This document shows positions 49,032 through 58,942 of a stretch of 64,000 nucleotides of DNA, one piece after another. The DNA is taken from the NCBI RefSeq assembly GCF_020253645.1, contig NZ_JADCBG010000037.1, positions 24,501 to 88,500 on the forward strand. Reading direction: 5' to 3'. The number at the start of each line of letters is the position of its first letter. Positions within the stretch are counted from its first letter, which is position 1. The position numbers and the translations under genes are program-made. Source of the DNA: Phenylobacterium sp. GTDB taxonomy: Bacteria > Pseudomonadota > Alphaproteobacteria > Caulobacterales > Caulobacteraceae. The notes below the pieces were generated by a model. That model was not told the origin of the DNA. It searched no databases and saw nothing but the letters and a program-made list of their open reading frames with translations.

Positions 49032-49180
49032 AGGCCGAGGCGAGCGCTGGAGCTTGCCTCGGACGTGCGGACCGAATACACGCCAGTGTTGCGATGACGA
49101 CACTTTCGCGGTGCGAGTGTCCTGTTATAAGGATGTCTTGGCGGCTTCGATCCCGCAGACGGGCAAGAGAGGGCTCTGAT

Positions 49181-50389
49181 ATGAAATTCAAACTCCTGGC
49201 TGGGGCGGCTTTGGCCGCTGTCACCATCGCCACCGGGGCGTCTGCCCGTGAAGTTGGCTGGTACGGCGCGCTTGACCTCGGCTATCACTGGCCGGCGGGC
49301 ATTGATGCGACGTCGAGCAACAACTCCGCAAACGGCAAGCCCTACAACTGGTCGATCAACCAGGCCGAAGACTGGAGCGGGTTCGCACGTCTCGGCTACC
49401 AGGTTTCCAGCAACTGGCGTGTCGAGCTTGAGGGCGGTTACCGGTTCGGCAGCATCGACTCGATCCGCGGCGGCTCCAGCAACGCCATCCTTGGCCTCTG
49501 CACGGCCGGCGTGGTCCGGACGGCAGCGGCCCCCAACTGCGGCTCGCCCACCGGCGATCTGCGGGCTCTGACCCTGATGGGCAATGTCATCTATGACATC
49601 ATGCCGGACTCGGCGCTCAACCCGTTCCTCGGTGTTGGCGTTGGTGTCAACCAGACCCGTGTGGACAGGGTTGTCGGGCAGTTCTCGACCATCACCCCGG
49701 TGGGCCCCGCCGCGACCGCGGCGAACCCGGCCATCCAGAACCTCACCATCGATGACGATGATGTGGCGTTCGCCTGGCAGGGTATCGCCGGCGTGGCCTG
49801 GGCGATCACCGATCGCCTCGATGCGGATCTGACCTATCGCTATCTGGGCGGTTCGGACCTGACCTTTGCGTCGCGGGGCTCTCATGCCCTTCAGCCCGGC
49901 GCATTCGATGGCGCCTATGAGGACCAGTCTCTGACCATCGGCCTGCGGTACTCCTTCGCGCCGCCTCCGCCGCCTCCGCCGCCTCCGCCTCCGCCGCCTC
50001 CGCCGCCTCCGCCTCCGCCGCCGCCGCCGCCGCCTCCGCCGCCGCCGGCCTACGAGGCCCGGCAGTTCGTGGTCTACTTCCCGTTTGATCAGTCCATCCT
50101 GACGCCGGAAGCCCAGACCATCGTCACGGAAGCCGCTGAGTACGCCAAGGCTGGCAACGCCACCCGCGTGATCGTGGTCGGTCACACCGACTCGTCCGGC
50201 TCGCCGGCCTATAACGTCCGCCTCTCCGAACGTCGGGCCAAGGCTGTCGCCGACGCCCTGGTGGGGCAGGGCGTGGGCCAGCAGGTGATGCAGGTCGACT
50301 GGAAGGGCGAAACCGAACTCGCAGTCGCCACTGGTGACGGCGTGAAGGAACCCCTGAACCGTCGTTCGACGATCGATATCAACTTCTGA
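49181..50389 (+). CDS. ompA: OmpA family outer membrane protein (beta-barrel, poly-Pro linker, PG-binding domain)
   Basis: Signal peptide, barrel ending GLRYSF, VYF.FD.S, GHTD, YN..LSERRA..V, NRR. Confidence 0.93.
   Translation: MKFKLLAGAALAAVTIATGASAREVGWYGALDLGYHWPAGIDATSSNNSANGKPYNWSINQAEDWSGFARLGYQVSSNWRVELEGGYRFGSIDSIRGGSSNAILGLCTAGVVRTAAAPNCGSPTGDLRALTLMGNVIYDIMPDSALNPFLGVGVGVNQTRVDRVVGQFSTITPVGPAATAANPAIQNLTIDDDDVAFAWQGIAGVAWAITDRLDADLTYRYLGGSDLTFASRGSHALQPGAFDGAYEDQSLTIGLRYSFAPPPPPPPPPPPPPPPPPPPPPPPPPPPPPAYEARQFVVYFPFDQSILTPEAQTIVTEAAEYAKAGNATRVIVVGHTDSSGSPAYNVRLSERRAKAVADALVGQGVGQQVMQVDWKGETELAVATGDGVKEPLNRRSTIDINF
49961..50047 (+). repeat. (CCG/CCT)29 tract encoding 29 consecutive prolines
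   Basis: Counted directly from the sequence. Confidence 0.95.
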
Positions 50390-50422
50390 TCTCGATCCGG
50401 GGCGGAGACGCCTTGAGATATC

Positions 50423-50453
50423 GGGGCCCGGTCGAAAGACCGGGCCCCTTTTT
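50423..50453 (+). terminator. Intrinsic terminator after ompA
   Basis: GGGGCCCGGTC-gaaa-GACCGGGCCCC followed by TTTTT. Confidence 0.9.
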
Positions 50454-50572
50454 CGTGCGGGATCGCCTTCGTCTTGAGCGGCCACGTCCCATACGGATTG
50501 AGTTCACAGTCTCGTGAATCACTCGCCCGCAGGGCGCTGAAACTCGAGCATGTTCAAGCGTCAAGCCCCGAG

Positions 50573-50587
50573 TTAACCTGTTGTTAG
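50573..50587. promoter_or_regulatory. CtrA-like box upstream of nrdA
   Basis: TTAA-cctgttg-TTAG, one mismatch to TTAA-N7-TTAA. Confidence 0.5.
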
Positions 50588-50643
50588 TAAAAAACTCCGG
50601 GGGAGAACCCGCCCGCCCCGTTGACGAGTCGTTAGGGTCATGG

Positions 50644-50690
50644 CCCCATGATGTTGCGTAGTCGGGCGGGGCGCCCACTAGATATAGACG
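50644..50690. promoter_or_regulatory. Tandem NrdR boxes upstream of nrdA
   Basis: CCCCATGATGTTGCGT (50644) and CCACTAGATATAGACG (50675) against consensus acaCwAtATaTwGtgt; starts 31 bp apart. Confidence 0.8.
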
Positions 50691-50752
50691 TTTACTGGGA
50701 TGGCGCTGGCGGAGGGTTTCCGTTGCGCCGGTGAGGATTGCGGGTGCAGGGC

Positions 50753-52618
50753 ATGAGCGGCGGAGAAGCAGTCAGGCGCAGGATTGAGGCGGTCGCGCAA
50801 GGCCAGCCCGAACGTGTGGAGCGTCCCCAGCTGCAGCTGGTGCGGAAGGTCGAGGTGGACCGGTCGCGGGACGCCCTGCTGACCGACTTCGGTAAGACCA
50901 CCCTGGAAGACCGTTATCTCCTGCCGGGCGAATCCTACCAGGATATGTTCGCGCGCGTGGCTAAGGCTTATGCGGACGATGCCGAACACGCCCAGCGCGT
51001 CTACGACTACATTTCCCGCCTCTGGTTCATGCCGGCGACCCCTGTCCTGTCCAATGGCGGCGCCGATCGCGGTTTGCCCATCTCCTGCTTCCTGAACGCC
51101 GTGAATGATTCCCTCGACGGGATCCAGGGGGTGTGGAACGAGAATGTCGCCCTCGCCTCGAACGGCGGCGGCATCGGCACCTACTGGGGCGGGGTCCGTT
51201 CGATCGGCGAGAAGGTCAAGGGCGCCGGGCAGACCAGCGGAATCATCCCCTTCATCCGGGTGATGGACAGCCTGACCCTCGCCATCAGCCAGGGGTCCCT
51301 TCGTCGCGGGTCTGCGGCCGTCTACCTGGACATCCACCACCCGGAGATCGAGGAGTTCCTCGAGATCCGGAAGCCGTCCGGCGACTTCAACCGCAAGTCC
51401 CTGAATCTCCACCACGGCATCTCCATCACAGACGAGTTCATGGAGGCTGTCCGGGAGGGTGCGCCGTTTGGCCTTCGCTCTCCCAAGACCGGCGAGGTGT
51501 TGCGTGAGGTCGACGCCCGCAGCCTCTGGCAGAAGATCCTGGAGATTCGTCTCCAGACCGGCGAGCCCTATCTGATCTTCTCCGACACGGTGAACCGGTC
51601 CATGCCGCAGCATCAGCGCGACCTCGGATTGTCGGTCCGGCAGTCGAACCTCTGCTCGGAGATCATGCTCCACACCGGTATGGATCACCTTGGCAAGGAA
51701 CGCACTGCGGTCTGCTGCCTGTCTTCGGTGAACGCCGAGACCTTCCTGGAGTGGCGCGACCACCCCACCTTCATCGAGGATGTCATGCGCTTCCTCGACA
51801 ATGTGCTCGAGGATTTCATCACCCGGGCGCCGTCCAGCATGGCCAACGCCATTTACGCCGCCCGGCGGGAGCGCTCCGTGGGCCTGGGCCTGATGGGCTT
51901 CCACTCCTTCCTCCAGAGCCAGAACGTTCCGTTCGAGTCGGCCATGGCCAAGTCCTGGAACATGCGGCTCTTCAAGCACCTGCGCCGTCAGTGCGACGCC
52001 GCCTCCAGGGTGCTGGCCGCCGAGCGCGGGCCCTGCCCGGACGCCGCCGAGCGCGGCGTGATGGAGCGCTTCTCGCACAAGCTGGCCATCGCCCCGACGG
52101 CTTCGATCTCCATCATCTGCGGCGGGACCAGCGCCGGCATCGAGCCGATCCCGGCCAACATCTACACCCACAAGACCCTCTCGGGCACCTTCGCGGTCCG
52201 CAATCCCTACCTGGAGCGCCTTCTGGAGACCCGGGGCCAGAACACCCCGCCGGTCTGGGATTCGATCCTCGAGAACGAGGGTTCGGTCCAGCACCTCGAT
52301 GTCCTGACCCAGGACGAAAAGGATGTCTTCAAGACCGCCTTCGAGCTGGACCAGCGCTGGGTGATCGAACTGGCGGCGGACCGCACGCCGGACATCTGCC
52401 AGTCCCAGTCGGTGAACATCTTCCTGCCGGGCGATGTCGATAAGTGGGATCTCCACATGCTTCACTGGTCGGCCTGGGAGCAGGGGTGCAAATCCCTCTA
52501 TTATCTGCGCTCGAAGTCGGTGCAGCGCGCGGCTCATGCGGGCGCCGAAGCGGTGGAGAACATCGATATGGTCGACGCCGGCCGCACAGACTACGAGGAA
52601 TGCCTGGCCTGCCAATAG
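50753..52618 (+). CDS. nrdA: Class I ribonucleotide reductase alpha subunit lacking an ATP cone
   Basis: PATPVLSN, ISCF, QSNLCSEI, AVCCLSS, AIAPTAS, SLYYLRS, C-terminal CLAC. Confidence 0.96.
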   Translation: MSGGEAVRRRIEAVAQGQPERVERPQLQLVRKVEVDRSRDALLTDFGKTTLEDRYLLPGESYQDMFARVAKAYADDAEHAQRVYDYISRLWFMPATPVLSNGGADRGLPISCFLNAVNDSLDGIQGVWNENVALASNGGGIGTYWGGVRSIGEKVKGAGQTSGIIPFIRVMDSLTLAISQGSLRRGSAAVYLDIHHPEIEEFLEIRKPSGDFNRKSLNLHHGISITDEFMEAVREGAPFGLRSPKTGEVLREVDARSLWQKILEIRLQTGEPYLIFSDTVNRSMPQHQRDLGLSVRQSNLCSEIMLHTGMDHLGKERTAVCCLSSVNAETFLEWRDHPTFIEDVMRFLDNVLEDFITRAPSSMANAIYAARRERSVGLGLMGFHSFLQSQNVPFESAMAKSWNMRLFKHLRRQCDAASRVLAAERGPCPDAAERGVMERFSHKLAIAPTASISIICGGTSAGIEPIPANIYTHKTLSGTFAVRNPYLERLLETRGQNTPPVWDSILENEGSVQHLDVLTQDEKDVFKTAFELDQRWVIELAADRTPDICQSQSVNIFLPGDVDKWDLHMLHWSAWEQGCKSLYYLRSKSVQRAAHAGAEAVENIDMVDAGRTDYEECLACQ

Positions 52619-52638
52619 GCGGGCCGTCCCCAGGCCAT

Positions 52639-52685
52639 TCACAACATGTTGGGTCCGGATGTGAGAGACCCCCTAGATATCGGGG
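52639..52685. promoter_or_regulatory. Tandem NrdR boxes upstream of nrdB
   Basis: TCACAACATGTTGGGT (52639) and CCCCTAGATATCGGGG (52670); starts 31 bp apart. Confidence 0.8.
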
Positions 52686-52751
52686 GCGACACATGCCTAG
52701 ATCGACCCCTGAGTTGAAGTGTTCAATCGCGTTCCCGAGGAGAGCCTGACC

Positions 52752-53783
52752 GTGCCCGCCAAGTCCGCCCTGCCCGGCCTGCTCACGCCGTCCTACGCCT
52801 ACAAGCCCTTCCGTTATCCTTGGGCCTACGAGTTCTGGAAGCGCCAGCAGCAGGTCCACTGGATGCCCGAGGAAGTGCCCCTCGGCGAGGACCTCAAGGA
52901 TTGGGCCGCCAAGCTCAACGACCGCGAGCGGAACCTTCTGACCCAGATCTTCCGCTTCTTCACCCAGTCGGACGTCGAGGTGAACGACAACTACATGGAG
53001 CGCTACGCGCGCGTCTTCCGTCCGACTGAGATCAAGATGATGCTGGCCTCGTTCTCCAACATGGAGACGATCCACATCGCCGCCTACGCGCTTCTGCTCG
53101 AGACGATCGGCATGCCCGACTCGGAGTTCACGGCCTTCCTGGAGTTCGAGGAACTCAAGGCCAAGCATGACTACATGCAGAAGTTCGGGGTCGACACAGA
53201 GGCGGACATCGCGCGCACCCTGGCCATGTTCGGCGCCTTCACCGAGGGGCTCCAGTTGTTCGCCAGCTTCGCCATGCTGATGAACTTCCCGCGGCACAAC
53301 AAGATGAAGGGCATGGGACAGATCGTGTCCTGGTCGGTGCGCGACGAGAGCCTGCACTGCGAAGGCATCATCAAGCTCTACCACGCCTTCAACCAGGAGA
53401 CCGGCGCCGTCACACCCGCCGTGGCCGACGACATCGTCGACTGCTGCAAGACGGTGGTCAGCCTCGAGGACAAGTTCATCGACCTGGCCTTCTCCGCCGG
53501 CGAGGTCCAGGGCATGACCCCGGACGACATCAAGGCCTACATCCGATTCATCGCCGACTGGCGCCTGCGCCAGCTGGCCCTGCCCGAGGTCTACGGGGTC
53601 AAGGAGAACCCGCTGCCCTGGCTTCAGTCGATGATCTCGGGGGTCGAGCACGCCAACTTCTTCGAGGCCCGGTCGACCGAATATTCCAAGGCCGCCACCC
53701 GCGGCCAGTGGCACGGCGATTCCGGAGTCTGGACAGAGTTCGACCGCCTCCTCGCCCGCCGTCAGCAGGAACCGGCGGAGTAG
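52752..53783 (+). CDS. nrdB: Class Ia ribonucleotide reductase beta subunit
   Basis: HW.PEEV, D..V, ETIH..AY (radical Tyr), TEG, RDESLH, NFFE; GTG start after GAGGAG. Confidence 0.96.
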   Translation: MPAKSALPGLLTPSYAYKPFRYPWAYEFWKRQQQVHWMPEEVPLGEDLKDWAAKLNDRERNLLTQIFRFFTQSDVEVNDNYMERYARVFRPTEIKMMLASFSNMETIHIAAYALLLETIGMPDSEFTAFLEFEELKAKHDYMQKFGVDTEADIARTLAMFGAFTEGLQLFASFAMLMNFPRHNKMKGMGQIVSWSVRDESLHCEGIIKLYHAFNQETGAVTPAVADDIVDCCKTVVSLEDKFIDLAFSAGEVQGMTPDDIKAYIRFIADWRLRQLALPEVYGVKENPLPWLQSMISGVEHANFFEARSTEYSKAATRGQWHGDSGVWTEFDRLLARRQQEPAE

Positions 53784-53870
53784 CCCTCCGTCCGGCTCTG
53801 ATCAAGACGCAAGGACAGGCCGCTTTCGTCCCCTTCAGAGGGAGCCGTGGTCAGGGCCTTCGGGCCGCGC

Positions 53871-54731
53871 CTAACGCCTTCCAGCCATCTCCATCAGGGC
53901 CGCCACCCGGTTCGCGGTGGACGGATGGGTGGAGAACAGGTTGTCCACCCCCTCGCCATGCAGCGGGTTGATGATGAACATATGGCTCGTCGCGGGATTG
54001 GCTTCGGCCTCGGGGTTGCGCACCCCCTTTGCGTAGGCCTCGATCTTCCGCAGGGCGCTCGCCAGGGCCTCAGGGTCGCCTGACATCTCCGCACCGGCCC
54101 GGTCAGCTTCGTACTCCCGGCTGCGGCTGATGGCCATCTGCACCAGGGCGGCGGCCAGGGGCGCCAGGATCATCACCACTATGCCCAGCAGACCGGGTCC
54201 GCGGCGCTCGCTGTCGCCCGACAGGCCGCTGAAGGCGGCCAGGTTCGCCAGGGTGGAGATGGCTCCCGCAAGGGTCGCGGTCACCGTCATGGTCAGGGTG
54301 TCGCGGTGCATGACATGGGCCAGTTCATGAGCCATGACGCCGCGGATCTCGCGCCGGTCCAGCATCTGCAGAAGACCGCGTGTCGCCGCGACGGCGGCGT
54401 TCTCGGGGTTGCGTCCGGTCGCGAAGGCGTTGGGCTGGTCCTGATCGATGATGTAGATTTTCGGGAGCGGCATCTGCGCCCGCGCCGCCAGTTCCTTGAC
54501 GTCCGCCACATAGGCCCGCACGCGGGCGTCGGGGTGGGACTCGTCCGCAGGCTGGGCCCGGTACATCCTGAGAACAAGCTTGTCCGAGTTCCAGTAGCTG
54601 AAGAGGTTCATCGCCACGGCGAGGCCGAGGGCGATCAGCATGCCGTTCAGGCCGGCCATGCTGTAGCCGATCCCCACGAAGATGGCCGAGAGGGCGGCCA
54701 GCAGGGTGAAGGTCTTCAGGGTGTTGCGCAT
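53871..54731 (-). CDS. htpX: Zinc metalloprotease HtpX
   Basis: [31 protein letters not shown]. Confidence 0.96.
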   Translation of the reverse strand: MRNTLKTFTLLAALSAIFVGIGYSMAGLNGMLIALGLAVAMNLFSYWNSDKLVLRMYRAQPADESHPDARVRAYVADVKELAARAQMPLPKIYIIDQDQPNAFATGRNPENAAVAATRGLLQMLDRREIRGVMAHELAHVMHRDTLTMTVTATLAGAISTLANLAAFSGLSGDSERRGPGLLGIVVMILAPLAAALVQMAISRSREYEADRAGAEMSGDPEALASALRKIEAYAKGVRNPEAEANPATSHMFIINPLHGEGVDNLFSTHPSTANRVAALMEMAGRR

Positions 54732-54762
54732 GGGTCTCCACCGGTCACTGCGTGTGTCCGGA

Positions 54763-54791
54763 ATATGGGGAGGGCCTGCCGACCTGGGAAG
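54763..54791 (-). promoter_or_regulatory. RpoH (sigma32)-type promoter of htpX
   Basis: Minus strand reads CTTC-N17-CCCCATAT. Confidence 0.65.
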
Positions 54792-54871
54792 ACCGGCGCG
54801 GTGCGCCAGCTGGCCGGGACCTTCCCGTCCAGCCCCCTCGAAATCCGGAAGCGGGCGGGCTATCAACAGGC

Positions 54872-56323
54872 ATGAGAAAACTCGACGACGCTGCGCGCAT
54901 CTGCGATGCGCTGGAGGCCGGATACGACGCTTCCGTCACCGCCCTCCGGACCGCCCTTCAGGCTTTCCTCTCCGACGGCGTCCCGCCGGACCCGGCCCTG
55001 CGCGCCAGAGGCGCCTTCGCCTATCCGTCGCTGAGACTCGAGTGGCCGCCGGGCCAGGACTTCCCCCGCCTCGCCCGGGCCTACGCCCGCCTTGGGGCCC
55101 CGGGCGTCTATGAGACGACGGTCACCCGGCCCCGTCACTTCCGCGACTTCCTCCAGGAACAGCTTTCCCTTCTGATGTCGGACTTCGATGTCCGGGTCAG
55201 CGTGGGCCTGTCCTCCCAGGAGATTCCCTTCGCCTACGTTCTGGATAGCTCGGTCGACCTCGCTCGCGCCGATGCCGGATCTGCCGGGATCGCCCGCCAC
55301 TTTCCGACCACGGAACTCGCTCACATCGGTGATGAGGTCGCCGACGGATCCTGGGTCTCGGCGCCCGATACGCCGCGTCCGCTCGCCCTGTTCGACGGCC
55401 TGAGGACCGACTTCTCCCTCGCCCGGCTGACCCACTACACGGGCACGCCTGCAGAGCATGTCCAGTCCTATGTGCTGTTCACCAACTACCACCGCTATGT
55501 GGATGAGTTCGTCCGCTGGTCCTGCGAGCGGCTCCGGAGCGGCGAAGGCTACACCGCCCTCTCCGCCGCCGGCGGGGTGTTGGTGACGCCGCAGACCCCC
55601 GATCCGGAGCAGGCCGTGGCCGATGCGCCCTGGCGTCGGCACCAGATGCCGGCCTACCATCTCATGGCTCCGGGCCGGCGGGGGGTGACCCTGGTGAACA
55701 TCGGCGTCGGGCCCTCCAACGCCAAGACCATCACCGACCATCTCGCCGTCCTGCGTCCCGAGGCCTGGCTGATGATCGGTCACTGCGGCGGGTTGCGCGG
55801 CTCCCAGACCATCGGTGACTACGTCCTGGCTCACGCCTATCTGCGCGATGATCACGTCCTTGACGATGTTCTGCCGCCGGAGATCCCCATCCCGCCGATC
55901 GCCGAGGTCCAGGTGGCCCTCGGCCGGGCCGCCGAGAGCGTGACGGGCGAAAGCGGCGAGGCCCTCAAGCGGCGCCTGCGCACCGGCACGGTGGTCACCA
56001 CCGATGACCGCAACTGGGAGCTGCGCTACTCCTCAAGCGCCTTGCGCTTCAACCAGTCGCGGGCCGTGGCCATCGACATGGAGAGCGCCACCATCGCCGC
56101 CCAGGGCTATCGCTTCCGCGTGCCCTACGGCACCCTCCTGTGTGTCTCCGACAAGCCCCTGCATGGCGAGATCAAGCTGCCCGGCCAGGCCAACGCCTTC
56201 TATGACCGGGCCATCGGCCAGCACCTCCAGATCGGCCTCGCCACGGTCGACCTGCTGCGCCGGGAGGGGGCCGGCCTCCACTCGCGCAAGCTGCGCAGCT
56301 TTGACGAGCCGCCCTTCCGCTGA
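54872..56323 (+). CDS. amn: AMP nucleosidase
   Basis: [53 protein letters not shown]. Confidence 0.97.
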   Translation: MRKLDDAARICDALEAGYDASVTALRTALQAFLSDGVPPDPALRARGAFAYPSLRLEWPPGQDFPRLARAYARLGAPGVYETTVTRPRHFRDFLQEQLSLLMSDFDVRVSVGLSSQEIPFAYVLDSSVDLARADAGSAGIARHFPTTELAHIGDEVADGSWVSAPDTPRPLALFDGLRTDFSLARLTHYTGTPAEHVQSYVLFTNYHRYVDEFVRWSCERLRSGEGYTALSAAGGVLVTPQTPDPEQAVADAPWRRHQMPAYHLMAPGRRGVTLVNIGVGPSNAKTITDHLAVLRPEAWLMIGHCGGLRGSQTIGDYVLAHAYLRDDHVLDDVLPPEIPIPPIAEVQVALGRAAESVTGESGEALKRRLRTGTVVTTDDRNWELRYSSSALRFNQSRAVAIDMESATIAAQGYRFRVPYGTLLCVSDKPLHGEIKLPGQANAFYDRAIGQHLQIGLATVDLLRREGAGLHSRKLRSFDEPPFR

Positions 56324-56386
56324 TCGCGGGTGCTGACAGGCGCGCCGGCTTCGCCTAATCGTCGCGCGCCGAACAGGGAGGGCGAC

Positions 56387-57556
56387 ATGCAGAGCTTTCA
56401 GCCGCCGAGGCGCATCCTCATGGGGCCTGGCCCCTCAGACGTCAGCCCCCGGGTCCTCTCGGCCCTGGCCCGGCCGACGGTCGGGCACCTGGACCCCGCC
56501 TTCCAGGACCTGATGGAAGAGATCAAGGCCGCCCTGGCCCGGCTCTTCAATGCGCCGGACCACGCCTGCGTGCCTCTGCCTGCGCCCGGGACGGCGGGCA
56601 TGGAGGGCGCCCTCATGAACCTCCTGGAGCCGGGCGACCGGGCCGTGATCGCCGTCAACGGCGTCTTCGGCGGCCGCATGGTCGACATGGCCGGCCGGGC
56701 CGGCGCCGAGGTGATCCGGGTCGACGTTCCCTGGGGCGAGCCGGTTGATGTCGCCGCCGTCGAGGCGGCCCTGGCGCAGGGCCCCGCCAAGGTCCTCGCC
56801 TTCGTCCACGCCGAGACCTCCACAGGCGTACGCTCCGACGCCGCCGCCCTCTGCGCCCTCGCCCGCCGTCACGGCGCCCTGTCCATCGTCGACTGTGTCA
56901 CCTCCCTCGGCGGCGTGCCGGTGGACGCTGCGGGCTGGGACGCCGACGTCCTTTATTCCGGGACCCAGAAGTGCCTCTCGGCCCCTCCGGGCCTCTCCCC
57001 TGTGGCCTTCTCGCGCCGCGCCCTCGCCGCCGTCGCCGCCCGCACCACCCCGGTCCGCAACTGGCTGCTCGATGTCAGCCTGCTCATGGCCTACTGGGGC
57101 GGGGAGGGCGGCCGCACCTATCATCACACTGCGCCCATAAACGCCCTCTATGGCCTGCATGAGTCCCTGGTCGCCCTCTTCGAGGAGGGTCAGCAGGCGG
57201 TCTATGTCCGCCACGCCCGGGTGCATGAGGCCCTGGTCGCCGGGCTGGAGGCCCTCGGCCTCGCCATGCTTGTGGCGCCGGAGCACCGCCTGCCCCAGCT
57301 GAACACGGTCCGGGTTCCCGATGGCGTGGATGAGGCGGCCGTGCGGGCGCACATGCTCGCCCGCTGGGATCTGGAGATCGGCGCAGGCCTTGGTCCCCTC
57401 AAGGGCCAGGTCTGGCGCATCGGCCTCATGGGCGCCTCGGCCACGCCCTGGCATGTCCGCCTCTGTCTCACCGCCCTGGCGGACGCCCTTGGCGCCCAGG
57501 GGCGCGAGGTTGACCCCGCCGCCGCCCGGGCTGCAGCCGACGCCAGGCTGGGCTGA
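56387..57556 (+). CDS. Class V PLP aminotransferase, alanine/serine-glyoxylate type
   Basis: LMGPGPS, HAETSTG, VDCVTSLGG, SGTQKCLS.PPG, YHHT.P. Confidence 0.92.
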   Translation: MQSFQPPRRILMGPGPSDVSPRVLSALARPTVGHLDPAFQDLMEEIKAALARLFNAPDHACVPLPAPGTAGMEGALMNLLEPGDRAVIAVNGVFGGRMVDMAGRAGAEVIRVDVPWGEPVDVAAVEAALAQGPAKVLAFVHAETSTGVRSDAAALCALARRHGALSIVDCVTSLGGVPVDAAGWDADVLYSGTQKCLSAPPGLSPVAFSRRALAAVAARTTPVRNWLLDVSLLMAYWGGEGGRTYHHTAPINALYGLHESLVALFEEGQQAVYVRHARVHEALVAGLEALGLAMLVAPEHRLPQLNTVRVPDGVDEAAVRAHMLARWDLEIGAGLGPLKGQVWRIGLMGASATPWHVRLCLTALADALGAQGREVDPAAARAAADARLG

Positions 57557-57610
57557 CAGGCGACGCGGGCAGGGGCATAGTCAGGTCTCCTGTCCCGCAA
57601 GGAGCCGCCC

Positions 57611-58489
57611 ATGTCCGAAGACTGCCGCACCCCAAAGGACGAACCTGAAGGTTCAAGCCTCTCCCGGCGTGATCTTGGCGTCCTCGCAGCCGGCGCCGCG
57701 GTCGCCGCCTCGGCGCCGGCCGCCGCCGCCCTCAGAGTCATGGAGATGGACGTCGAGGTCCAGACGCCGGACGGCGACTGCGACGCCGTCTTCGTCCATC
57801 CCGTCGGCAGGGCGCCCGCCGGCGGTTGGCCGGCGGTCCTGGTTTGGACCGACCTCATGGGCCTGAGGCCCGTCTTTCGGCAGATGGCCAGCCGCCTCGC
57901 CGCCGAGGGCTACGCCGTCCTCGTTCCCAATCCCCACTACCGCAAGGGCCGGGCGCCGATTCCCGCCGGGCCCGTCAACTGGGCCGATCCCGCCGACCGG
58001 GCGAAGCTGATGGAGCTCAGGTCCGCCCTCACCCCCGAGGCGACGGCCCGTGACGCCATCGCCTGCTTCGCCTGGCTGGACGGCCAGTCCCTGGTCGATC
58101 CCGGCAAGGGCGCCGGCGTCCAGGGCTACTGCATGGGCGGGCCTATGTCCTTCCTCGCCGCCGCCGCCCTCCCGGACCGGGTCGTCGCCGTCGGCTCCTT
58201 CCATGGCGGAGGCCTGGTCACCGCGGCGGCGGACAGTCCGCACCGGCTCATCGCCCGCACCCGGGCTGAGTTTCTGGTCGCCATCGCCGAGGACGACGAC
58301 CAGAAGGAGCCTCAGGCCAAGGAGGCTCTCCGCGCCGCCTTTCGCGCCTCCGGCAGACCCGCGGAGGTCGAGGTTTACGCGGGGGCCCGCCACGGATGGT
58401 GCGTTCCGGGATCCGCCGTCTACAATCCCGAGGCCGCCGAACGGGCCTGGTCAGCCCTCCTCGCCCTCTACCGCCGTCGCCTCACCTGA
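57611..58489 (+). CDS. Dienelactone hydrolase family protein with Tat-like signal
   Basis: SRRDL followed by a hydrophobic stretch; GYCMGG nucleophile motif; FHGG; HGW. Confidence 0.88.
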   Translation: MSEDCRTPKDEPEGSSLSRRDLGVLAAGAAVAASAPAAAALRVMEMDVEVQTPDGDCDAVFVHPVGRAPAGGWPAVLVWTDLMGLRPVFRQMASRLAAEGYAVLVPNPHYRKGRAPIPAGPVNWADPADRAKLMELRSALTPEATARDAIACFAWLDGQSLVDPGKGAGVQGYCMGGPMSFLAAAALPDRVVAVGSFHGGGLVTAAADSPHRLIARTRAEFLVAIAEDDDQKEPQAKEALRAAFRASGRPAEVEVYAGARHGWCVPGSAVYNPEAAERAWSALLALYRRRLT

Positions 58490-58930
58490 CCGGCGGCCGC
58501 GCCGGGCGCGGAAGAACCCCTTGAGCAGGTCTGCGGACTCCGCTGCGAGCACGCCGCCCTCGACCTCAGGCCGCCAGTGGCAGGTCGGCTGGTCGAAGAC
58601 GCGTGCGCCCTGCAGGACGCCGCCGCCCTTGGGATCGTCCGCGCCGAACACCACCCGCCCGATCCGGGCGTGGCTGATCGCCCCGGCGCACATGGGGCAG
58701 GGCTCCAGGGTCACGTAGAGGGTCAGGCCGGTCAGCCGGTAGTTTCCCCGTTTCCGGGCCGCCGTCCTCAGGGCGCGGATTTCCGCGTGGGCGGTGGGAT
58801 CGGACTCGCCGATCGGGGCGTTGCCCGCCGCGGCGACGACTTCGCCGGTCGCGGGATCGACCACGACGGCGCCCACGGGGGTCTCCCCCCGGTCCGCAGC
58901 GGCTTGCGCCTCGGCCAGCGCAATGCGCAT
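58451..58930 (-). CDS. tadA: tRNA adenosine(34) deaminase
   Basis: GETPVGAV, DPTAHAE, TLEPCPMCAGA, ARI.RVVFGA.DPK.G; ATG at 58930, alternative GTG at 58951. Confidence 0.92.
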   Translation of the reverse strand: MRIALAEAQAAADRGETPVGAVVVDPATGEVVAAAGNAPIGESDPTAHAEIRALRTAARKRGNYRLTGLTLYVTLEPCPMCAGAISHARIGRVVFGADDPKGGGVLQGARVFDQPTCHWRPEVEGGVLAAESADLLKGFFRARRGRRSGEATAVEGEEG

Positions 58931-58942
58931 GTACTCCCGATC

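Noticed and set aside
49961-50047. CRISPR array or non-coding microsatellite
   Set aside because: In-frame poly-Pro codons with no spacers; no cas genes in the window.
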